NCBI RefSeq assembly: GCF_018977255.1
Contig: NW_024704743.1
Coordinates: 49,230,001 to 49,294,000 of the forward strand
Source of the DNA: Callorhinchus milii
Lineage: Eukaryota
Direction of reading: 5' to 3'
DNA length: 64,000 bases
Both the position numbers and the translations under genes were made by a program. The notes beneath the pieces are model-generated. The model was not told where the DNA came from. It saw only the letters and a program-made list of their open reading frames with translations, and did no database searches. This document shows, in pieces, positions 39,301-51,656 of this stretch (within the stretch, counting starts at the first letter, position 1; each line of letters starts with the position of its first letter).

Positions 39301-40469
39301 GGATCCACATTTCAAAAGCAATATCGGAGGCCTTTAAGGAAATTGTCAGACAGACCCTTTAGTTCTATTACTCTCGAGTAAATTCTGAAATTTCTCGATC
39401 TATCTTGATGTATGACCACAAATGTCTTTATTATTTCTGTCATTATCAGGAGGTTGAATGCTCTGCAGGGTGCAGTGATCAAAATAAGTAAATATTAAAT
39501 TTGATATTGTGCCTTACATGTCACGAGAACATCCCAAAGCACCTCACAGGATATACGTAGAGTGTAGTGACTGTATTTAATAGACGCCTACAACATACAC
39601 TATCACTCCACTTTGCAGTATGTCCTGTGAAGTGCTTTGAAATATCCTCCTGACATGAAAGGCGATATCAAATGTAAGTATTTTTATCAAGAGTATTAAA
39701 ACCAGATTGAGAATTCTGCAGGTGTATGCCACCTACATGTGGAAATTTTCTGTCAGGAATGAAATGCACACTCTGGAGGGATGTTAATTACAACAACCCA
39801 CTCTCCCCATTTTGTAGGCATTTTAATATTCAGAGCAAATTGTCTTGTCTTGTAAATTTGCAGGCAAATCATGGATCTTGGCCTGCTGGAGAAATTTGTG
39901 AATGAGTCTGCTGCATTACGGTCTGTTTTAGCTTGAGGCACATGATTTGCAACACAAACTAAAGCTAATGAGGCTTAAAATGTAAAATATTTTAGTCCCT
40001 GCTGCTTAATCTGGATAGGGGTACTCAGAACCCAACCTGTTGGATCAATACAAATTCACATTTATATAGTGCTTTTCACATCAGGAGGACATCCCAAGGT
40101 ACTTAACTATAATGGCTTGGCACCTGAGCTGGGGATGGGGGCCAAGGGGTTGGAGAGAGGAAAGATACTGCAAGAAGGTCAAAAGAGGTAGGGATTGAGA
40201 TGGACCTTGAACAAAATGAGAGAGGTAGCAAGTCTGAGGGACTCCGGGATAGAGTTCCAAAGAGAGGGGGCAGATGATAATAATAATAATCCTTGGATTT
40301 GATATAGCACCTCATCACGTCTTCGGACGTTGCACAGCTCTTCACAGAAAATGCTGCAAAGTGAATTGACTGCACATGTTTGTGGACAAAAGCTGAAGCT
40401 GAAAACCTGGGCGGGTAGGACATAGACCTGCCTCAACTGTGTCTCCAGGTGGGGCATTTCATGTCTTAA

Positions 40470-40737
40470 CAAACCTGTGTATAGAAGAAACTTCCCTACC
40501 TCTGCATTCCTTTGGTAATTGCCTTAAATTCCTAAATCCATGCCCTTTAGTTAGTTATTGACTCACCCATCAGTGGGCATAATTTCTCTCTTGTTTATTT
40601 TCAAAACCCATCATCATTTTAAAAACCTCTATCAACCTTCTCTGTTTTAGGGAAAAACAGTCTCCAATCTTTCTTAAGTAAAACCTCTTATCCATTGTAT
40701 TGTCCTAGCAAATCTCCTCTGCATCCTCTCTGTAGCC
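40470..40737 (-). mobile_element. Old CR1 fragment
   Basis: Weak colinear similarity to the CR1 copy at 28060-28330. Confidence 0.5.
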
Positions 40738-41316
40738 TTGATCCTCATCCTCACCTACAAGGCCATTCACGGCCTCGCTCCCTCCTACCTCTCTAACCTA
40801 CTATCCCCCTACCTACCTGCCCGTACCCTCCGTTCCTCTGGCTCCGGTCTGCTCCACGTCCCCCGCCCCAACCGCCCTACCATCGGTGGCCGGGCCTTCA
40901 GCCTCTCAGCCCCCAGGCTCTGGAACTCCATCCCCCAGTGCCTTCGCCGCCTCCTCCCTTTCCTCCTTCAAGGCCGGTCTCAAAACCTTTCTCTTTGACC
41001 GAGCCTTCAGCTCCCCTCTCGACTCTCTTCCCCCTCCTCGCTCCCTCCCTTCCCTCCCCTCACCCTGACCATTTCCCCCTCCTTGCTCCCTCCCTTCCCT
41101 CCCCTCACCCTGACCATTTCCCCCCTCCTCGCTCCCTCCCTTCCCTCCCCTCACCCTGACCATTTCCCCCCTCCTCTCTCCCTCCCTTCCCTCCTCTCAC
41201 CCTGACCATTTCCCCCCTGCTCGGGTCATGACCCAACTGTGCAGCGCCTTGGGACGTCCTCCTGACGTGAAAGGCGCTTTATAAATGGAATCTTGTTGTT
41301 GTTGTTGTTGTTGTTG
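40738..41316 (+). mobile_element. Young L2 3' fragment with a tandemly expanded 3' UTR
   Basis: Nearly identical to 3903-4336; (TTG)n tail. Confidence 0.93.
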
Positions 41317-41389
41317 ATATCCTTCCTATAGTGAAGTGTTCAAAAATGGTGCAATATTTGAATAGCGGCCTAATGATTTATACCACTCC

Positions 41390-41730
41390 TCTGCACCCCC
41401 CTACCTCTCTGACCTCCTTTCTCCTCAAAGCAGTGCCTGTTACCTTCGTTCCACCGGATCTGCCCTACTTCTCGTCCCCTGAGTCCTCCACTCCACCCTC
41501 GGCAGCCGTGCCTTCAGCCACTATGCCCCGAGGCTCTGGAACCCCCTTCCTGACTCCCTTCGCCTCACCCTCTCTCTTCCTGTTTTCAGGTCTCGCCTGA
41601 AGACCTTTTATTTCGACCGCGCCTTTGGTCACTTTCCTCCCCCTGATTCAACCCGGAATCCGTTACTGTGAAGCGCCTTGAGACGCCGTCCGCCGTGGAG
41701 GGCGCTATATAAATCCAAGTTGTTGTTGTT
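41390..41730 (+). mobile_element. L2 3' fragment (different subfamily)
   Basis: RAFSHYAPRLWN-like coding remnant and (TTG)n tail. Confidence 0.85.
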
Positions 41731-42781
41731 ACAGGTTTAGCATTGGCCCCTTTGTCCTTTAGTGCCCTTATTTATAAAACATACATTCGTTTATTTTTTT
41801 CAGTTTAGCAACTTTCTGATGAGATTCTTTTAAATCGTGATGACTTAAAATTTACAGATGCCTGCTCTACATCTTCTTGAGATTTACTCTCATCTGATCA
41901 GTTCCCAGGCACTAGAAGATCAAATTACTCAAGCTAGTTAGTTGGCTAATTAGCTTCCCAGAAACTTTTACAGCTTCGTGTCTTAACTGAAAATAACCTC
42001 TTCATAGATTTGAAGCTGGGCTTTTTATGCAACCTGCACTGATGTGGATAGAGTGATTCCTATTAGAGTCTTTTATGATTATTGGAAGGAAGTGAAACAA
42101 TTTCATGTTGCCCATTAAACCTAACCTTATCTGCCTCATGGGGGAAATCCAAAGTTATGATGTGGATTGTAAAACTAGGTTCATAATGTTGGAAGCTCAT
42201 GTATGTATGTCAAACCTTTCTTACAACAGCCCGGAATCTAGTAAGATTCATAACGTGGAAGAATATGCTACATGAGCACTTTATGAGGAGGTGCCAGGGG
42301 ACTACATTTTTTTATGTTTAAAAAAAACAGTAAGCAGAAAGAAGGAATTTGGCACCGTATGGATTTGGGTGTAATTTACTGAATCCCTGTGTTGAAGACT
42401 TCTTCTTGGAGCTTTGCAATATTTAGTGGAAAATGCTGTATTATGTATGTTGCTTTGTGTAAACTTGAAACAAAAAGGGGCCAACGTTTGGAAGGCCTGG
42501 GTTGAGGGTTTTTTTTAAGCTTTTTTTTCCTGTCGCACTCTTATTTAGTTTCACACCTTTTATGTATTTGGCTGGGTATTCCTGTCCAACATTTTAATTT
42601 ATTTAATCAATCTGTTTCTGATCCTAGGATGAAATGAAGAGAAGAGTCACAGAAACTGGATTCATCTTCACTTAACCCGAGGCGATGCTTTGCAATGCAG
42701 GCAACCAAAGTAACCTGAGGCATTCCGCTCCATGAAGTTAACTGAAGTGGCCCCCAAAACACCAGAATACCTGAGGTCATC

Positions 42782-42874
42782 ATGAACAGTGACGAGCAAA
42801 GCCTGACAATGTCCCAGAAATTATTGACTCCTACCCTGAGTTCCAGCAGCTCTTTTAAACCAGATATTCGGCAG
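42782..42874 (+). CDS. OSBPL3: OSBPL3 first coding exon (exon 2; acceptor CTAG| with exon start about 42628)
   Basis: Translates MNSDEQSLTMSQKLLTPTLSSSSSFKPDIRQ, resembling the ORP3 N-terminus as recalled (MMSDEKNLGVSQKLVSP...SRQ). Donor CAG|GTATGA, phase 0. Confidence 0.88.
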
Positions 42875-45009
42875 GTATGACACCTTGTCTTGCAATGTAC
42901 GAAGATGTCTTCTGTTGGCCAATATTACACATTCACTCACAAACAATATGTTCAGTCCAAAACTATCACACTGATGAATGTCACCACATCATTTAGCAGT
43001 TGTGAGTTAGAATAATTAGTATTTCTCTCACAGCTCTGGCAACATTTAAACTAATACTGTACAAGCATCAAATAATGCTAGCTTTTATCTCTGATTGTAT
43101 GCTGATTACTCAAATACAAAACCATCCTTATCTTGCCCCCATTTTGCCCACAAATTATACAGTCAATTCACTTTACAGTATATTCTGTGAAGCGCTTTGA
43201 GAAGTCTCAAAGGCGTGATAAAGCGCTATATCAAATGCAAGGATTATTATTATTCCTATTGACCAAGATAATCTACTGTACAGTGGTAGGATATGGGTTG
43301 GTACTTGTATGGTCAGTTCCTGATATTTGGAGTATGTTTGGAAAGTTATCAAGTAAACCACAAGAGCAACTCCTTTTCCTTCTCCTTTATCTCTTTCTCC
43401 TCTCTCCCCCCCCCCCCCACCCCATCCCCACACAAGTGAGCGAAAGTTTGGTCAAGTCCCTTTAGCTTTTTTCAACCAATTCTACAAAGTAAAAATCTTC
43501 CTTTGCAAAAGTTTGCTCTAATGTCTCCAGGTGTATGGCTGGTGGAAGCCAAAGAAGAGGTGCAAAACGAATGGGATACAGCGGATAGAGAAAATAAGAG
43601 AAATAATATGAATTTTTGTTATTCATTGGTTTGAGCAATGTCTTTCAGTATAGAGGTCATACAAAACTAGGAAAAACACAATGTAAGTCACTCCTCACAC
43701 CAGAAAATGCATCTCCTGCAGGGGATTCCATGTACATCATGCAGACCCATGAGATCTTGACTTTGATGAGTTCTCATGTAGGAGTCACGTTTTGCAAGTC
43801 AACATCTCCCTGCAAGAAATGCACTTTATAGCCCGAGGCACTTATTTGTGTGCTGAAGTGCTGTTTTTGCCATTAACCCTAAATCTAAAAAACCTAACTT
43901 GGAGCTTGGCTTCCTCAAACTCTGCTGACCTGGCTGCTTCCTTTGCTCAACAAGCATCGGCCTGTTTCATGTCCCTTGCCCTGCTTGCCCCACCATCGGC
44001 AGGTTGGCTTTCATCCTATCTGGCCCATTCTCTGGAACTCCACCTCGGAGTCCCTCCCAACTTGCTCAGTTTCAACGCCTCTTTGAGTTGGACATTTGGT
44101 TATCTTCCCCCTCCCCACCTCCCTTTCCCCAGCTCGGTTGCCAAGACATTTTTGTGCCTTGGGACACCCTTTCAACGTGAAAAGCCTTCTATAAATGTAA
44201 ATTTGTGTTATTTAAAAGATGAAATTGCATGATAAAATTATGTGCATTTGCAAAGGAATGAAGTTGAAGAGCTTCTGAACAGATCAGAATAGTTCTTGGG
44301 TGACAGCAAGCAATTTGCTATACGTGGAGCAGAACACGCCCCAGTGAGTCAGAAGAAATGTAGAAATTATATGAGAATAAATAGAAATGCCACATAAGTA
44401 AATTGGAATGTGGGTCAAATCCTGCCCACATCTGAATTTTGATTTATATATTTTACTTGATGCTTTGCATTCTGTGATCTTCAGGGGTTATGGTGCTAAA
44501 TGTCTGCTGCAGCATGTTCCTTAGAGATTGAGTGTAGATTTCATTGCATTGATGTCTTCAGGGCAAAAGAAATAGACAATGTGAGCCTGTGAATGAGTCC
44601 TGGTTGACACATATACAGTTATTAAGAAAAAATCATTTCAATATGAAGCTTCACATCTTGTGTGGCATTTTGTTGCATTTCTGTGCAAAATAAAAATAGA
44701 TTAAATAAGTTCAACAATATCAGTGATATGGAAGCCAAACGTTTTTTAAAAAACTATTATTAGGTTCAATGTTCTTTTATAAAATAATGAAATACGTTTT
44801 TCGTTGCCATATTTTGTGACCTATTCCGGATCATTCTTTTTTAAAGTTACAAAGACATAAATGGAAATTGAAATTTTCAGGTCAGAATTAAGCCATTTGG
44901 CCTATGCCAATGCCACTTGTATTATCACCCTTTTAATATTGCATGGAACATTACAGCACTGAAACAGGCCCCTCAGCCCAACTAGTCTATGCTGTATACT
45001 ACAATACAA

Positions 45010-45696
45010 TACAAATTTATATTTATATAATGCCTTTCACAGGGGAGGACGTCCCAAAATGCTTGACAGTTTTGGCTTGGCACCTAAGCTAAGGATGGGA
45101 GCTGAGTGGGGGGGGCGGGGACAAGTAATATTATGGAGGAGGGGAAAGGTAACCAAAGGCGTGGTTGAAGAGAAAGATCTTAAGATGGACCTTGAGGGAG
45201 GGAGCGAGTTGGAGGGAGGGAGGAAGGAATGGAGTTACAGAGACTGAGTGGGCAGATGGGCTGAAAGTATGGTAGTGGGCATAAGGCAGGTTAGTGCCTG
45301 CTGAACGAAGGGAACAGCTAGGTAGTTATAGTTTAAGGAGGTCACAGAGGTACGGTGTGGCAGGTAAGATTCATTGAGGATGGGTGCTAATGGAGCCAGG
45401 GTAGAATAGGGCTGATAGTTTGTAGCTTGTGAAGAAGGGGATCAGGTAGTCCAGCAACCCGAGAGTTGACATAATCAAGCCTGGATGTGATAAATATATG
45501 GATTAGTGTCTCAGTGGCACAAGGGGAGAGGTAGCAGCAGAGTCGGGTAATATTATGGAGGTGGGGGAAAGATGAGCGGGTCAGAGCACTAATACGGGGT
45601 TTAAAGGACAGTCAGGAGTTAAATAAGACACCCAGGTTCTGCACTGGCTTTGTGAGGTGGAGTGTCCATCCATGTAGAATGATGCTATTAGCACCT
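45010..45696 (-). mobile_element. Degenerate L2 fragment, followed by a + strand L2 tail at about 45700-45840
   Basis: Minus strand LHLTKPVQNLGVLF; L2 3' end near 45010-45060. Confidence 0.75.
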
Positions 45697-48165
45697 TCGG
45701 TCATCCTCCTAACCCTACCCTCCATGCAATCCATCCCCCTGATCCCAATCCCTAGCTCGGGTGAAAATTCTTGACTGTCCACCGCCTCAGGAGATTCCAC
45801 CTGACATGAAAGGCGCTATACAAATAGAATTTGTTGTTTTTTGCTGCCTTTTAACTGCAGCATTTAGACAATCTCATTACACATGGAGTATTTGCCAGAC
45901 CGTTGCAATATTATATTGCAGGTGACTGGGTAATGAAATCGACACCTGGGCAACAAGTAAGTACCTGGGTTTAAACTTTTCCTCAAAATCACTTTGGCAC
46001 ATAGACTGAATTGTTTGCCCTAAAATGCGGCACAGGAAGGAGCTGCTGCTTGAAGGATAGGACAAAGGAAGTTCTCTGTTTGAGATCAGTATATTGATAT
46101 TTATTCAAGTCCAGCTCTGACTAGTTTTCTGGAAGGGTAAGCAGGGGAGGAGGAGGGAGAAGAGTGAGAAAAGAACGCTGGAGAAAAGTAATGTTGGCAA
46201 GAAGAAAGAAAGCCTTCAGTGATCACAGTCCAGCACTGAAAGTGTGCACACGTCAAAGAGTGTTTGAGGGAGGAACAATCCAGTTCCTCATGTGGAGATT
46301 GCTGACTCCCTGTGAATCTCAAGCAGAGAGAGCTAAATATCAAGTCCTGAAGGGCAGTGTTGAAAGTAATTGTCAATAAGCAGGAGTTCAAACCATTCTT
46401 ATCCTGAGAGTACACAAGCTTCAGAACTTGTGTGCATGCCCTCGGATATCAGAGGGCTTCAGCAGTTGCTTGTTAAGGAATTTTTACCTCACTGGCTGGG
46501 TAACATCTACAGTGCTGTAATGAGGAAGGGTCACATCCCACAACCTTAGCTTTTGATCCAAATTAACCAATTGTAAATCTCCAGCATTCAGTGTTTACTT
46601 TTTATGCATTTGGGGGGTGGGGGGCAGCTGAGTGTCTGGCATGAGCGGAAAGTCATCCTTAAGAGCCTGCTTACCTAATTCCAGAAAGTATTGTGCACAG
46701 GCTGGCAAGAGCCAAGCTTTGCAGATTTCAGAGTGTACTTTGGGACACTCCTGGAATTTAACAAACTAAAACCGCATAGCTTGCCTTTGAAAGCTTCCCC
46801 ACTGCTCGTCCATCTTGGACCACTGTACCCATTAGGACTTTGGCTTCCAGGGTTAACAAGAGCTGAGTGGGAAGGGACCCCGTCTCCTGACATGGTCCGC
46901 CCTTCCAAGTACTGCTGCTGAGCCACACTGGAGTAATGCAAACCTGCCTAACTCAGGAATTGGTTGCTAAACAAGCCAGTTCAGGTTCCAAGGAGATCCT
47001 GCTATCCACCTCCGCACCCTCCACTCCGTAAAGGATAATTGTTATTTGGGTGTTTGTCATCCAAAAAGAACAGGTTAGAGCCCTTACAAAGTGGATGGCA
47101 GGTGCCCTCCGAGTCTTTGATGGTCTGTTTAAAAAGCCTATTTCTGAAACTGTCTTTAGTTATCCTTGCATTTGATGTAGCCTTATAACATCATCCCAAA
47201 ATGCTTCACAGCATGCTTCACAGCATTTTGCTATAAAGTGCAGTGACTGTTTATTTCCTCAATCCTTTCCATTCTGTGCTCTATAAAGTATTTTACCCGT
47301 GGTAACTTATTAATTACATTATTATAATATTTTGAAAGCAGGCAATTTGTAAGATTATTGCTAATTTTCACTTCCTATGGACAAGAGTGAAACGAAAGAA
47401 ACCCAGTTTCCAATTGTCTGCTTCTGGCCAGTCTGAGCTTGTCAATTGTCCCTGTGGGAAATAAATGCACACTGTCTGGGCTGAAGAGGAGTGACTTGGG
47501 CACAGCTGAAAGTGATAATATATGGTAATCCTTGCGTTTAATATATCGCTTTATCACGTCTTGAAGCGCTTCGCAGAATATACTGTAAAGTGAATTGACT
47601 GTATATTTATTCGGTGAAATGCAGCAGCAAATTGTGCACAGCAGTGTCCCACAAGCAGTCGTGGACTGAGAAGAACCAAATCATTATTAAATTGTAACTC
47701 AAAACATTCGGTTACCATTTTGAATCTGCTTTCAGCGTGAATTGAAAAACAAATTCGGGGCTTTCAACTTTAATTTGTAATAGTTGGCTTAAACTTCTAG
47801 TTTCCTGAGTTTTTTTGAATATTTGGTTAATATTTAATGTCTGGTCTTGACATGTTGCCATTGTTCTGATCTCGAATAATGTAGTCCCTTCTCAAACTAC
47901 ATTTTTATTTATGCTTGCTGTCCTGATTAGTCATAGTCTCTTTCTACCAGTATCGTGAGCGACTATTAAAATAGATATTTTTAAAGAATGGACTGAGGGA
48001 GTTGGGTGGAATGTGGAGGAAATTAATTTGGTTTCTCACAGCTGGATATCCAACCGGGATCAAATTATGATCTGTGGACTGCAACTTCATATGAGGAATA
48101 TGGATTTGCATAATACATCTGATTAAAGATTTATCAATAAAAAAAAAATTTCTTTTGATTTGTAG

Positions 48166-48291
48166 TTGGAACAGGACAGCTGGGAGATTGTGGAGGGTCT
48201 TCGAGGTGCTATGAATAACATCCAAGAGCCAAACACACAGGAAGGCTACCTACTGAAGAAGAGAAAGTGGCCTCTGAAAGGCTGGCATAAG
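48166..48291 (+). CDS. OSBPL3: OSBPL3 exon 3, start of PH domain (alternative start 48175)
   Basis: (LEQ)DSWEIVEGLRGAMNNIQEPNTQEGYLLKKRKWPLKGWHK. KKRKWPLKGWHK is the ORP3/6/7 PH motif and DSWE.VEGLRG matches ORP3. Donor AAG|GTAACT. Confidence 0.95.
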
Positions 48292-49276
48292 GTAACTTCA
48301 TTTGTGGCATGGGAACACCAATCGTTTAATTTTAAAGCAGTTAACAAGGGGAAAGGTAGTATTCAAGCAGAGTGGTCTGGCAAATTGGAAATAATGTAGT
48401 AATAATAATAATCACCTTTGCATTTTATGTAGTGCCCACAAAACGCAGTCAGAACTTTACAGTGTATTCTCTGAAGAACTTTGATACATCTTGGTGACTT
48501 GATAATACGCTATATCAAATGCAAGCATTATTAATATTATTCACATCAACCATCTCAAAGCACGTCACAGAGTTTTTTGTAAAGTGTTAATGACTGTTTT
48601 TGTAAGTGAGATGTTTTGAAAATTAACAATGATTTGGAAGGCCAAACAATAATAATTCTTATATTTGGTGTAGCACCTTTCACGTCGGGAGGATGTCCCA
48701 AAGTGCTTCACAGGATATACTGTAAAATGCAGTGATTGTGTTTTGCGGGTGAACAAAACTAAACTCTCATTGTTCTGCCTCCAGCAACTTGTTACCCGAT
48801 CCTGAGAAAAGCACTTTCCTAACTGTGCAAATGTTTAACCCATTTCTATGCCAGTTATTCTCATGGCCTTTCTGAATGTAATTCCTGAATTATGGACAGT
48901 TCTGTGTTATGGACTTATGCACGCTCAAAATTAATAGTAGCTCCTGAGTCTCATCTCATGTAGAACCCATAGAAGAAAGTCAATTTAGGCTGGGTTAAAG
49001 CGCAGTGTCCCAGAAGTTCAGGGATAGTGTTGAACCTCTCTGGTTTACCAGTTCCAGGTCAATAATAATTTTTAACCACTAGAATTTCTAGTAGCATGAA
49101 TTCATAAACTTCAGGATGAGAAATTGATAACCCGAAGGGAAACTCTTTGCTGTGAATCAAAATAATTAATCACTAATGTATAGGACTAAAATGTATTGTG
49201 GCACTATTAACTTAAGGTATTAAGACACAATTTTCCCTTTTTTTAAAAAAACTTAGTGCAGTTTTTGTACTTTCAG

Positions 49277-49330
49277 AGATATTTCTTCTTAGATAAAGGA
49301 ATGCTGAAGTACTCCAAGACTCAAGCTGAT
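49277..49330 (+). CDS. OSBPL3: OSBPL3 exon 4 (PH domain)
   Basis: TTTCAG|RYFFLDKGMLKYSKTQAD|GTAAGT; 54 nt, phase 0-0. Confidence 0.95.
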
Positions 49331-49381
49331 GTAAGTATAATTAAGAGTATTTGTGCAGGATTTTCTACAGAACTATCCTAG

Positions 49382-50505
49382 TGTTAGAAAATAAAATCAG
49401 CCAAATCTGTAAGGAAATAACGCTAATTTCTTTAACCAGATATCAGACTGTTTTATTATTATTCGTTCGTTATTCCCCAATATCCCGATGGGTCAGACCA
49501 AAGGCCGGTACAATCAACAGATCTTATAACAGAATAATACCACCGTAGATATCTCGAGTTCAAGAGTTCAACACTGTGTCTTTACAGCACACAAGCTTGA
49601 TTCTTCATGCTTTCAGTCTTCTTGCTTACAGCTTTCAATCTTCCATCTGATATCCTCAGTCTTAGTGTTTCTAGCTCTCAGTCTTCCATCTCCCGTACCC
49701 TTGTCTCCGCAGCCTGGGATGGCCCCATCTCCCGTATCCTTGTCTCTGCGACCCGGGACTGCACCATCTCCCGTATCCTTGTCTCCGCGACCCGGGACGG
49801 CTCCATCTCCCGTATCCTTGTCTCTGCGACCCGGGACTGCACCATCTCCCGTATCCTTGTCTCCGCGACCCGGGACGGCCCCGTACACAAAGTCAATGGA
49901 ACTCTTATACCAATGTTCATCCAATCATGGTGCGGACATTAGATCACCTGTCGAAATCATGCTGGGTTCACGTGAACACCTCATGGGGTGTACGTGCCTC
50001 AGCGCACATACACATTGTCCTTAAGACCCCCGTTATCTGATCTAATTGTCTAAGATAGAGGATTGATCAGTTTAGGGCTGTATCTGGTGCTCATTATTTT
50101 GTGGTGTGGGATCATTAGTACATTCCTTTTAAGTGACTGGTTATTCCTTATCAGTATCCCGGGATGGTACCAAGGCCCTCTAGTTTAAGCAACTTGCTCA
50201 TTAGTTGCTATTCTTGAGGGTTGCCTTCTGTCGGTTGGCAGCCCTGTCAGAATCTAGCGACTTACTGCTCAGTCGAGATCCTGTGTCGACTGGTACCTTG
50301 GACCGTTACCTCTGTGGCTCGTTGTCATTTACTGATAAGAGGTGACCCCCTGCCCCTGTCCGTTATTCGTTCAAAAACAGAGAAAACCAGATGTGTCCTA
50401 TCCCATGACTGTCAGTCCAGTTGTCCCCCACACTTAACTTAAAAGTAACCCATTCACAACATCTATTATGATTCTAACAGTATACAAAAAGTGTATATTC
50501 TAACA
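49382..50505 (-). mobile_element. Solo-LTR-like element (ERV or Gypsy-type), 1,124 bp
   Basis: Ends TGTTAGAA...TTCTAACA (TG..CA, 8-bp perfect inverted repeat) with CTAG at 49378-49381 and 50506-50509. Minus-strand TATA-like GTATAAGA (49903-49910) and AATAAA (49452-49457). Strand is inferred from these two signals. Confidence 0.75.
49686..49880. repeat. 39-bp tandem repeat x5 inside the LTR-like element
   Basis: Unit CCATCTCCCGTATCCTTGTCTC(T/C)GCGACCCGGGAC(TGCA/GGCT), with alternating variants. Confidence 0.95.
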
Positions 50506-51456
50506 CTAGCCATAAATTATATAGGAACACAGCCAAAATACTAGCTCTACGTTTTGAGTTGAGATGTCCAACAACAGTAACATTTATTCTCCCTCCCTTC
50601 GATGACCTGCCACTTGACTTTTTATGTATCCTTCTGAATAATGGTTCAAAATCCAGAGCACTGGGTGAGAAATTTGTATGCTTTATGAAGGAAATATCAA
50701 ATAAATAATGTTTTCCCTCCGTTAGTTTTTTTTATGCATTTGCTTTTATGCTTCTGTTGCCAATCAGCAAAGTTGCTAACTTATTACGAAAACTTTTTAA
50801 GTGCTTCAGTGCTTTTGTAGTTTATTTGATAGATAACATGTCCTTGGACTAATGAAAATATAATTCTCAATTTTTGCACACCATGACATTACAGAAAATC
50901 TAAATCTCGAAACTAAAGCGGCTTATTAATAAAACTCAAATAACTCTATTCAATTAGAATCAATACTAAACATATAAATAAATATAAAACAGTTTAAAGC
51001 CTTGCTTGCCCCTCCCTATTTGTTTTCCTTTCTATCTTAATTTTTGCATTATTTCTATAATTACCTTATCTATGTTTCCTATACTTTTTTTCTTTTATAG
51101 AAATATTTTTCTTATCTATGGAACTTCTAAGGGTTAGGTATCTATCTCCCTTAATGTTATCCACTTTCAATAAACAGCAAAGTGGCTTCATCTCTTCGAA
51201 GATAGCTCTTTAGAAATGGGAGAAACAGAACAAAATATAGCTGCTGATTGACTGGAAAACCACTCCAAAGGCCAGTTTTTCAACCACATGAAACTACTTG
51301 ACTTTGACAACAGATTATAAATGCAGTCAAATCAATCTTTGCAATTTTGAAGTATCAACTGAGGACTTTCTCTCAGTCTGTCCTTCTCTCAGTGAGATTG
51401 ATAACTTGTCGACTTTGCCAAAACGATTTAAGAATAAATTGGGTTACATTTTACAG

Positions 51457-51570
51457 ATTCAGAAGGGAAAGCTTCATGGATGCATTGACGTTGGATTGTC
51501 CGTGATGTCAATAAAAAAGAAAGCGAAATGCGTTGATCTAGATACTGAAGAACACATATACCATTTGAAG
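51457..51570 (+). CDS. OSBPL3: OSBPL3 exon 5 (PH domain)
   Basis: [50 protein letters not shown]; 114 nt. Confidence 0.95.
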
Positions 51571-51656
51571 GTACTGTACTTGCATCTTTTTAAACTTAAA
51601 CCAAACACTTATTTCAGTTCATGTTTCCTAAAATCGTTTAAATGTACTTTCACTAG

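Noticed and set aside
10174..42627. Antisense orientation bias of SINEs in intron 1
   Set aside because: Short-form copies are on the minus strand, but many other SINE copies are on the plus strand; the numbers are too small to support a bias.
46130..46380. Purine-rich 71-aa ORF as an extra OSBPL3 exon
   Set aside because: No convincing acceptor/donor pair or ORP similarity, and exons 2 and 3 already join in frame.
49686..49880. 39-bp repeats as a CRISPR array or a repeat-protein gene
   Set aside because: The units are directly adjacent with no unique spacers, there are no cas genes, and the context is a eukaryotic intron. The overlapping ORFs arise because 39 is a multiple of 3.
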